DNA from: Balanoglossus misakiensis
Taxonomy: Eukaryota; Animalia; Hemichordata
Length of the DNA: 64,000 bases
Reading direction: 5' to 3'
Assembly: GCA_040954595.2 (NCBI GenBank)
Contig: CM082582.2
Span: forward strand, 12,396,415 to 12,460,414
The translations under genes and the position numbers were made by a program. This document shows positions 48,901 to 60,900 of this stretch, piece by piece. The notes under the pieces are model-generated. The model was not told the DNA's origin. It searched no databases and saw only the letters and a program-made list of their open reading frames with translations. Each line of letters opens with the position of its first letter. The stretch's first letter is position 1.

Positions 48901-51900
48901 TTAGCTGTCGGAGACAGAAACTCAACGCCTAACATTTAAATTTCCGCCATCATTTCCACTAACCCTTTGATGGAACAAATTTACACAAGAAAATAGAATT
49001 AATTCGAGTTTACGTCATCGCGAATTAAACAAAAAGCAACATGTTTTAATCACTATGCCACGCTTCAAGGAAAACACGTCAACGTTAACGACCACCGCAC
49101 GTCGACACAAACGTACAGTGGTGCCCACGATATCATCTTCCAAACGAATTTACCGACACCCCCGGGCTTCGAGTTTTGGTTTACCGGTTTTCCTTTGCTT
49201 GTAACAACCGAAGATGCGGAAGAGATATATAGATTATAATGGACTGAGGCAGATGGGTAAGTCGACGAAGCCCTTAAACACGATGTATTGATTTTATTTC
49301 ACTGCCGCATTTTCCAGGGTTGGGTGATAAGGGAATGGTTATTTGCCGAGTTGTCTCGACAACATCACATACAAATTGACAATTCACCGCGGTAAGAATT
49401 TTGCATGAATGTTATCTAACATGTATTTCTTGTCGACTGCATGTGATTTTTTATCACTCAACTAGGTAGCAAAAAAACTATTTAAGGTAATGAGAATTCC
49501 GCTCATACTTAATTAGCATGCTTAGGAGTGTTATATTAAAAGAGCGTATCTTTTGCCATTTCTCTGCTTCGTCGCTACCGCTTTTTCATCGATCACGTCA
49601 CGTCAAAGTAACTCAGTGTGCCCACAATGACAGCACGCCATTTTGTAACCTCTTCATTCTGTTCCACAAAGAACGAATGCCACTCCACATGAATCACAAC
49701 ATGTCTCCGATTTTCACTTGAAAGAGACGCGTCTTTGACCGAAGTAAGCCGTTTTAGATGTTTGTCTATAGCCTTGAGGCTCACTGGGTCCATCCGACGT
49801 GCAATTTGCCTTTTGCAATCCCAGTGGATATTAACAAAATGGAGACTGCGCGGAAAGCATATTGATTGTTATTGGCATTGCCACGAACGATGTTATCTTA
49901 GCCCTTTCCGCTTAAAATGAGCAATATTGAATGTTTGACCGGTGTTCATTATTATAACGCAAATAATGTCATTTAGCTATTGTCAATTTGAAAATATCAA
50001 CTACTCGACGTATTAAAAATCATTTAAGGTGGAAATGCTATTTAACCATTAGATAATCAAGAATCGCAGCGTATTGTTATTTCAGCCCCGAAATGTTATG
50101 TTGCCTAGTTAATAATTTTACTTTTGGATGTAATTTAGGATTTTCATCTCTTTTGTCTAGTTCACTATTCAAGATATTGAAGTCTCACACGTTACAGTCT
50201 GCTGCACAATATTGTAATTATAACGGGTTTGCTACTAATGTTTTGATAAATAGGGAATTAGTGTTTCACCGAGTGTTAATTGGCGCAAGAACAGTCCAAA
50301 CAAAAGATTGATCGATTCTTTACAACGTAGAGATGAATTATCGAGTGTGAAGTAGTCCTTAGGAGTCTGAAGCATCCTTTGAGTTTTATATGATACTCCC
50401 GATGCGTGTATAGACATCGCATGAAGCCCTGACGGGAAATATTTGCTTCGGAGTCAATTCTAGTGAGAAAATGCCACGAGCACGCAGACAGAGCTGACAT
50501 GTAGTCCGAGTTTCCAAAACTGCATATCAGGAAGATTGCAGCTATCCATTTACAGCAGTAATATGGCCTTCAGATGAAATATGAATTAGTGATAGGTTAC
50601 TTTAATATCCCGCAGAAAGATAATCCAATACTTTAATCGCAAAATCCGACTGAAAAAGAAACCCAACTTTCAGGCTGAATTATGTATATTTCATTCGTAG
50701 ATTTTATCTGAACTATGGTCGAATCATAGGAGGTTTTGAGATCATAGCCCACGTGTTACACCCTGGAACCGCCCGTGTAGAATAGCTATTACAGCATTAT
50801 AGAGATGTCATCGGCCAGCCAATTATGTCGGAGTTCTTCATTATCCCAGTAGCTCTTTTAGAACATATGTATCCTTTTAGTTCTGTCAGGCGCAATGCCA
50901 GGAAGAGAATGGCCAATTATGGTCACTTGCAACCGACTCTGCAACTAGCGACTTAAATACCAATGCTGCATGAGCATCGAATCTAATCACTGATCCACTG
51001 GCAACCAAATTCAATTGCCCTTTGATGCAGGAATGTCTCAGTAGATGGCTTGATTTCATTACTCGTTTCGCGCCGTACTTTTGATGCAATTCCTAAGTGC
51101 GAAACATGTACTGTTACATCGGCGATGTCTAAAATAAAAGTCAGAACTGATATTTGATTTGTGATTCATTGCACCAACTAAAGGGAATCTTGTCAAGAAA
51201 CATGTCAACTCTCTCGAAATTCGCAAATTCAAACATCCCATAGGGATCTTAATTTCTCGAAAGACTGAAAGAATGTGGTAATTTAAGAAGAATTATTGCA
51301 TTTTCCTTTGAACCGGGATGACATAAATCTAACTCGCCGTATCTAGAATTTGATGGTCTCCCATCTGCTAGTTGCATACCTGGACAGCAAGTCAAACCGT
51401 GCAAACAGTTTTAGTTTACCTTTTAAATTCAATCCCGAGACTTTCAGGGCAGGTCTATTGGACAGTTCTGTCATCACAATCACGTGACTATAGGGCGGGC
51501 AGGAGGTTACATTGTATTTGCATGGATTGATATGATGGCAACTTTCAATGCCAATGACATTTGTGCACCTGGATATGTGTCTGTGAGTGAACGGTGTGCC
51601 CGGGGGGGGGGGGGGGGGTAAAGTGTATGCTTAGGTTGTGAGGTTTTCCTCAGGATTAATTCCACGCAACATATAATTAGGCAGTGCTAATGCAGTTTAG
51701 TCAATTACAGTGCATATAATAGACTCGGGCGTAATTAGATTAGGTTAGCAGAACTCCCGCACGCTAATGCAAATTGTATGGCAGTAATAAATTGCGTTGA
51801 TCCGCGCTTTAGAAAAACGCACACGTTCACTGAATTCAGCGATGATGTACTGTTAGTTGTCTTATGGCAAACGTAAAGCACCTTATTTGGCCTTTTTCAT

Positions 51901-54900
51901 ATATTTGAATAATTTGTGCTTAAATCAATTTAATGTCCTTGGAGAGCGTCAGTATATAATGGCATGGAGGCTTCCAAATGGGAGTGTATTTAAGACATTG
52001 AAACGTTGCTAAGCCTAAGACACTTTGTGATATAGACATACTGATAGATGGATGTCAATGATAATATGGAAATCGTAGTCACGTGTTATATGCCAATAAA
52101 GTTATTTGAATATTTGAAAGAGGTCAAAAGTTACATCAACTGTAAAATGTGCGAGGCTTGCTTACGCTTGACCTGATATAGAACATGATTAAATCTGATA
52201 AGTGTTCGCCAGTAAGGCGTGAATGCGATATCCTGCATTTTCAAACATATTACTGCGAATTAGACACTGCATGCCAAAAACTAATATTCTCTAATATTTC
52301 CTACATGTATGTTGTGATTTAAACCCTTCCAATGTAAGGCCCATCACGACCATGCAGCAACCAACATCATGAATTTCCTTGTAATAAGTTAAGAGCCTCT
52401 GTAGAAACTGTGTTTTAAAAATGCAACGTGTTGATAAGATTGTATCGTCATTAAAACCCTCAGTTAGTGGAGAGATTCCCGCGCGAACTACAGAGAGAAG
52501 TTTTGGCGCCCGACAGCTGAATCAGTCACTTCCCCAAGGTGTGGATAGCTGCACGTAGATTAGAAAGCTGTATAAAGCAGCTTCGTGTATTGACTTAAGG
52601 GCACCGACTATCTACAAAGGAACTTGTGAAGCTCCCAGAATGCATGGACAAAGTAATATTAATCTGAGCATATCAATCTTCAAAACGCCCACACTTGTGT
52701 GATTTGTGTCTGATAAATAAACCATAAACCATGGCCACATATCGAAGTCGAGATCTTCTCAATTTTCTTTGGCCTGACCAAAAGTTCATCGTTCCGAACA
52801 AATATACCACTGTAAAGTTACTAAGTACAAATACTTTAAGATTGTATGGGACTTTTGTTGAAATCGTTAATCTTTAATCGAAACTTTGTTATCTGCTCCA
52901 GCGTGGTGATGGACAGGATCGATAGGAAAGCAACTTTTACGCCACTTTTCATTTTGTCATTATGTAGTCTGGTTGCGTTACCCTAAAGTCTAGTTATGAG
53001 AATTCTTGCACGAAGCCAAATACTCTGCCTCGTGCATAGCTAGTAACTTCAGTCTCACTTAGTTAATTTGTAAGATTGGAGAGAGTCGTGATGAGATTAT
53101 TAATCGTTTTCCCCAACGCTGTATCTAATCCGACAATTACATTCTTAAAGTTTGAATCGAACCTTACATCAACACACTTTACAATCGAGTCACGTAGGCC
53201 AGAGCTTAGAGATACCCTTTTACTATGTGTCATCAAGAAAAGAGAAGATTTTAAGTTCATTCGCACACGATTCCAGTTCTTTTTGAGAATAGTCTTCCAC
53301 GCTCTCGCTGATAGTTTGTTAATTCATTTCTCCGCTGATGCTAAAGCTATAAATAACACAATAGATCATGCAGAGAGTTTGATATGACTTTATAGCCATG
53401 ATTTCTCTGGAGAATACACATATGAGTTTCAACCTCTGCAGTGCAACTAAGTCCACCCCACTATGGGGCCTTAATTCTTCTTAGCTGAGGCACCTACTCC
53501 TATTTTTGTTCTTTTCGTTTTTGAAGAATATTTACACACTGAAAAAAAAAACGATTGATGCGTATCAACGATTCAATCTCTTAGTAGAAATGTGTGCTCG
53601 CAATTGATAGAATACCTGGCCTATAAAATAGTTACTCGCGGTTATTTACTAAAGGGCAGGACCTGATTCCTATTTCGAGGCCAGGAGGTGGAATTAGCAT
53701 CATAATTGTGCCTCCATTTTTAAATTAAACTTTCTTTTTTATAACGGGCCACAAGTGTTTTTTTTCGATGGTTAAATTTGCAGAAAATAGTCAGCCTCGA
53801 ATACCCAGTGGAGCGTAAGCTATACTTTGCTTGAATGACTGTTAAGAGCTCCTCTTGGATCCGATTCCACAAAGATGACGACATCAGGTACATTTCAAAG
53901 AGCAAATACTTGCTCCGAACCACGGTTTCTTTACTAACCATGTGTCCATTGACAGGAAATACTAGACTGTGAGATTGTTTGTGCACCTGTGCCCCTGCTT
54001 AAGAAAAACTCCCAAGGCCTTTCTTTTGCCAAACTGTAAGACAGTCAACTATCGATGTTGAAAGGGTCTTAATATTTTTAATAGCAGCTAGGAACTTAGG
54101 TATTATTCAAGAGCAATTGTCTTTAACCCGAAATAAAACTTACACAAAAAACGTTCAAATGAATTTTGTCATGTACATAACCTGTTTGTCGACGTACAAG
54201 CTTGGACGTCGTTATCCAATCTCTTCAAGAATTAATTCTATAAAACGCTTATTTTTTACTGAATAGAATAGAATTTATTTGATTTGATATGACAGACGAT
54301 GTCTTCCTGTTCTTGTCAAAGGATTTAATGGGCATTTCATCCCGATTCATCCCTGTTCATAAAATTGTCATGACTGCCTACGCCAAGCCGACAAAGAAAT
54401 GTAGAATCCGAATCCTTCTAATAACCTAAGCATCAAAGTAAAACCCTCTGTCACCACACCCATTGCCTTATTTGGAAACTACTGTGGAAATTTCTCTTTC
54501 ATCGATGTCTGACCTGGGTCACCGCTCGCTTTTTTGCATGCGTGTCAACTAGCTACTTTGAGTTCGCAATCTACCCAAGAGAGTACATTCTCATAAAGTA
54601 TTGATCGTGTACTCTTATACATGCAATGGTCCTCCAGAAGGACAGTTAATGTTGGCGAAGGAAAGCCGTCTTGGGCACTGGTAGACTTCTTAAATTATAC
54701 ATGAATTGCAGCTGATATGTGTGTCTTCTGAATCATGAGTGCAATTTGTCCAAACTTTCAACACTGTGATATTATGTTACGCCAAATATCTTATAATGAG
54801 ACATAGGTGAGACATTTATAGACATAACAATTGTTATACATTGTTTACAATTTGAACAAAAATATATCCGTGCAAATACAATAAGTGGTAACCTGCGATC

Positions 54901-57900
54901 GATATTATGCAGGTCGTTTTAATATTTATGTTTTAATATCAATCATGTAAACGGAAATTGCTGATGCATTTCGAAGATAAGTGTGAACTATAATACTTGA
55001 TTAATAATATACATGCCTTTTAATAATTGAGTGATGTTACATCACGCTATGGCATATTAATTTTTTTTCATGATTTATTATGGCAATGTATCTGTTATTG
55101 ATAAAAGTGCAATTTCGCAATTTACTCATGGGTGTCGGGTAATACCCATAATTCAGTGCGCGGCGGCCGAATCCGGAGCGGAAATCCCTTCTATCTATTA
55201 ATATTCTGTCTCGGAATTCGCGCAAAATGTTGAGTAATCGAAAAACGGCTGAACCCCCCCCCCCACCCTCTTCTTCGAACCCTCGGACTGCAGAGAGTCT
55301 GCGCAGAAAAGTCATGGCGTGAAAAGCTGCTGTGCGGCAGGTTGTGTATAGTTTGATGGGATTATCATTATGTAGCTCTTTCTTATTTGATAAGTGAACC
55401 CTGATTGTTCCTATTTTTAAATACCATCTGTCGATGCGAAATGAATTGACAGCGCTCGTTTCACATGACTGGTTGCCAGGAGTCGCCCCAGACTCGCCTG
55501 ACCGGGGTTCAATTTTCGTTCCCTTCATTTGCAGCACGCATTTTTCTATTGCATGAAATTACATGTAAATGCGTGAACTTCGGCCAGAAAATGCTTGTGT
55601 GCACAAAATATTGGCCCAGGTGAAGAAAACGGGAACAGTGAAATTAAAATTTGAAATCGACAGTGTTTAGTAAAATCACAATATGGATAGCAGACATTCT
55701 GGACGAGTCTTTTCAAAAATAATAATACACAAACAACGCCCCTCATTAAATTTCAGTCAAATACTCCTGACACTTCGTCGTAAAATTTGCCATTTTTTCA
55801 GTATCAACAGCATTTGAATATAAAGGGACCATGGACCGAAGGTTGAATACCCGCGACACGACCATATTTGATAGTTGCTACGCAACTCGTCAAATATGGT
55901 CATAGCACCCGAAAACCACTTGTAATCAATCAAATGCCGTTTAATAAACACAAACATTTATAATTGATATAGTCTCATGTTTGCTTATGCGGTGTTTAAC
56001 AACAGCTAACATTATTTCATAATTCATACGAAAAAACAGCATTTCAGTGCCTACGTATTTTTAACACAATTGTACCGTTTCATCTTATTGGTGGCCCCGA
56101 TATCTGCATCGGTAGAGGTTGTTGATGGAACACATTGCTATTTATACGACCGAAGTCCACAGAGAAACCATATTGTTCAGCATTATATACGTTTGGGGAT
56201 TAAATGTAACAGACTACAATGTCGTTTTCATTTGCAGCAACAGCTTTTGGTGCAGGTGTTTTAATCACATTTGCATATCATGAATGTTCAAATTTAAGCA
56301 AATATTGCAACGTAAACATTTGCAGCTAGCTTTGTGTTTGTTTGACGCACGGGCGGGGTTTTCTTTTCTACGGCGACAATTGATGACGGAGAATATTTTC
56401 TGCATGGAAAATTGTCTGGTTCCACGTTTGATGGTGTATTTATCTAGTATTTCTATTTACCATTTACATCTATTAAGATAAATTATCTCCCTTTTGATAA
56501 GACGCCCACGCACATGAAATATTATGGGGTCTGTTTTAAATATGTATAAAACAATACAATAAATAATGATCTAATATGCATGCATGTCACTGTCCTTCGC
56601 TATCATAGCGTGATGTCATGAAATATCCTCAGTGTAAATGACGTCCGCCATTTGCATTCTGAAACTAAGTTCTTCTCACCATCTGCTTTTTCATTGTGTC
56701 CCTTATTAAAATCGTGATAAGCAAATAAGACAATAATTAACTGCGCTTGAGGCTTTTCGCACCAATATATTTAGGTCTCCTCATTTTTGGTGTCCTACAA
56801 AAACCACTCGTGGCATTTTGTGTATAATTGACTACACCCGATGATTTTCTCTGGGTGTGGGTTATTCGTATCCATGGCGACACAGTTGGTATTCTTTAAA
56901 ATGCAATTGTCGTAATTTTCTCTTCCAATTATCGCGAACATATTCAGACAAACGCGAATAAATTGGCGTTTCCTCGTCTCGCTTTGGTTGCAATTAAGTA
57001 ATCACGTTGCCTTTTCCCTGCTCTACTCGTGCGCGTTTTGGGGGGTAATTACGCCCTATGCCAGGAAGCGGCATTTATGATTGTATTATCCTGCGTTCTT
57101 GTAAGCGAGTACTAGCTGTAAATGAGTCCTGGTTGGGGAGATTAGAAAGTACACAAAGTAAGAACGACACCATTCTGTCCAAATGATTCTAATTGAAGGA
57201 AATCACGAGGTAAATTCTTCTGCATCTCTGGAATCGTGTGTATTAAACGGCCCACAATAAAACGAGTACAGTATAATCTTTTTGCTGGTAGATACCGATG
57301 TGACAGTAGCAATATAGACTGTTCTGATTTGGCAGGCACGAGAGACTGCCGGTCATTTCATATCGATCATGACCTATTTATGAATGAAATCAACCAATTT
57401 TCTGGGTGCCACCCTCAATAGCTTACGGCGTATCACTTTCATCCAGGCATATTGGCCAGTTGGTTTGAAACTGTCGTTCATTCTCAATACGCGTTCCGCC
57501 AATCACCGTGGGTTCTAGACGTTGCTGGATGCACTGTCTTTTGCAATGAAGAAAGTTGGTTAGGAAAGGCAATAACAGCTGCACAGATACCGTGGCGTCG
57601 ACACTTAGAGCAGATGCGTTGTTTTAAAGCTACACTTCCATTTGATTACAAAAAACAGACTTCGCCAATACTTTCTATCTGATGTCATTTGTACGCAATT
57701 GGTGCCGCGCGTGACATTAAATTTGGCCTGGTAAAGACGCGGAACACTTTGTTGTCACGGCAACCGTTCTGCACAATTTGCTCTTCTTCCCAGTATTCAT
57801 AATGCGACCATGACGAATGGAGAGTACTGCTGGTAAAGTGTGCGAAACGCTCTATCAATTACTTACAGTGCAAGTCAAGGCTCTTGTATGTGGCGTGTGC

Positions 57901-60900
57901 TTTCAGTTGTGTCGACGTCTTACACAGATCCAGAATTTTTTTGCAATCACGCGACACAGTTCCCTCGCCTTTCCAATCTTAATCAGCGTATATTGTCATA
58001 ATTTTGAATAGATAAGGACGGCCCATGTTTTCGGGTGTTTCATTTTTAGAGGCTGTTTAGATTTAGCCCTAATATACTGACCAGCTCAATTAACTCAAGA
58101 CATTAAATTGATATTAGCGTTGCCGTAAAATAGCAGAGTATTCACTCTGAAATGACGGTCACAAACGCAAAGTATTAAGTGACATCGATTTTTATGTGTA
58201 TTCTGCTCATTAAAATTTCAATATTTTCAACATTTTGGTTGGGAAAAGACAGGGAGTAGCAGTAACCTTATCCAAAATATAGCTTTTATCTAGTTTTTCT
58301 TGTTACTGTGGTAACAGTAATCGATTTTAATTTTAATTTTGCACTTAAAAGTATTACAAGTATCGATCCATGGTCTCCTTGCTCAACTCATTGATCGACG
58401 AGGAGCGGAATAATTCGGTAAACTCGTTTAAAAAGGCAACAAAATTCAAAAGGTCAAATTATTGCTATTATTTTATTATCTGGAGATGCCAGTATAACTT
58501 ATAGTAAATTCAAATTGACGAAGATGCTCTCTTTGGTCTTTGCTATGTGGTTTTATGTGTGAAAAATGATTTATACACTTTTAGCTGAAATACGTTAATC
58601 ATCATTTAGTCAGATTTATTCTCCTATTATTTTGGGGAACAATATTTAAATCCTGAGATAATATGATTAAAGTTAATACCAAGGATTTTTTCAATAAATT
58701 GTTTGCATTGGCATGACAGGTAAGCTGATTCCCGCCAGCTGAATAAAATAAATTCTCGCATCATAGAACAAAAATATGTTATGATGGATGAGCTTGCTTC
58801 GCAAAATATTGCATAGACTATTATTTGACGGAAATAACATTAACATGACATAGGTAGTACAGTCTCGTACCCGCCTATATTGATTGTTGAAATAAAATTA
58901 ACTCTCTTAGTTGGCTTCCTTGAACGAGGATGTGATGAAAATTTCCCAGACCAGTGTCGTTTCCCGCGTTATACTGACACAGAAGTAACTATTTTGTGAT
59001 AATGAAAGGCAGCTCATGCAAAATAATGACAGTGTCCTGATGGACGTGAAAATAATTAAATTTCCCGCTCGACAGGTATTTACATCATTCTAGAAAAGAT
59101 GCGGATTTCAAGGAGCCATCACATATTGATAATACAGACGCCTGGGTTCTGTCAGGAAAGTGAGCGACGTGAAAATTTTATGACCAACATTTCATTAATT
59201 CATGACAAGGAAATTTGTCGATTTAATCCATGTTTTTCAAATCCTCCCCATGATACATAATTTATTCAAAGCAATAATGCATCTGCGACATAAAGGCCGT
59301 CCCTTGTGCTTCTTGCCTTCTTGATTCATTATAATGCGGGGTTTCTCCCGAGAGAAATTTGTCAAAATTGCGCTGAAATTAATTCTGTCGGTCGTTTTAA
59401 TTAGGTTACAGAACACAATATGTACTTTGCTGTCTTTTCTCAAGCAGGAAAATCAATTAAGACAATTTCCCCGCGTTCATCAATAATGAACGTTTGTTTC
59501 TTGAGAGAGATTTCATCTTTCGTGATAAGAAGCACTGAAAAGAGGCCTCTATAAGAGGTGAAGCCAATACTTTGAAACAAAAAAAGACGTCTACACGACT
59601 ACAATAAGGCGAACTCAGAGTAGCTGCGTCTTCACGTGACGAGTCATGTCGAAGCCGTTTAGTCTCGTCTAAACTACCACCGCCCTTTTAGGCCCACCCA
59701 GTAAAAAAAGCAAAATTACTTGGAATCGTTTAAACCCAACAACACAGTTTTTTTCATTTAATTCACGTCAGATATACCCTTATGAATGCAATATGTTCAA
59801 TACATAAACCAAGATAAACCGCCTGCAAGGTCATCTAAGCAGGCGGAATATATATATGCCTTTTTCTAGTTCATAATGCTTAAATAATTGACTGGTCCAT
59901 GTCATATGATGGCCCAATGATGCAAACATTATTGATGACCCAATAATGTCTAGATTAATGTCTGCAATGTGTCAAACGATGGTCCAATAATTCATTAATT
60001 GTTGGCTTGTCCATTTCAAACGATGGCTCAATAATGCTTAGACTATTGCCCAATAATGCGTACATTATTGACTGGCCCATGTCATACGATTGCTCGTATC
60101 AAACAAGGGCGCAATAATTTCGGTATGACTCTCTCGGAAGAAAGCACGCAGTTTCGATGTGAATTTTTATAATTCAAAGTAATCAATATGGTCAAGAGGA
60201 ACACACGGATTGTTGTTTATGGCGCAAGTGAATTATTTATTAGGAACCTGCTGGAAATAATCCCTTAAATCACGTGACCAGAATAAAGTTTCCACGATAA
60301 AGCCTAACATGCAGACTAAATGTTAAGCCTGCAATAATGTTTGCCCCATACCGTCTCTGCAAATTGCTGAATTGATTGCAAATCTTAATTAACGTCTAAA
60401 ACTTGTGAGCGACGAATACGAAATAGACCTACACTCTAATTAGTTTGTTGAACACATTTATTATGCCCAAACGTTCGTCAAGCCTAGCGGATTGATACAA
60501 ATATCAAATTCTGGACGTAGGTCGACCCCGTGTCTTCTGCACGTTTTGCATAATTAATTGCTGTATTGTCCGTGCACTGAATGTGAGTTTGCTGCTGTGG
60601 TGAGTACTAAATATACCCGCAGGTTATTCGTTTATATTCTCCGCCATCTTGATCCCAAGGACCCCTGGGATATGTGCTGTCATGTGACCAAAGCCTGGGC
60701 TGTTGATAATTGTTATTTCTTAAGTGACACCAACGCCCGAAATGATGGCCCCGGGAAGCGGCAAACTTGGTTAGCAAAATAAACATATGTGTATGTCATT
60801 ACCTCGTATCGCCTTATACGTAAAATAAACCCTAGGCCTAACGGCTGAGCCGGATTACTGATCAAAAATCGTTTATGGTATTGTAGCCTCGTTCTGGTAT

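Noticed and set aside
55037-55537. 166-aa minus-strand ORF in the calbindin-like intron
   Set aside because: Non-ATG start, no recognisable domain, and the poly-Gly comes from a C homopolymer.
58010-58620. Segment resembling an interspersed repeat (similar impression at ~44880-45300)
   Set aside because: No terminal repeats, TSD or second copy could be identified within the window.
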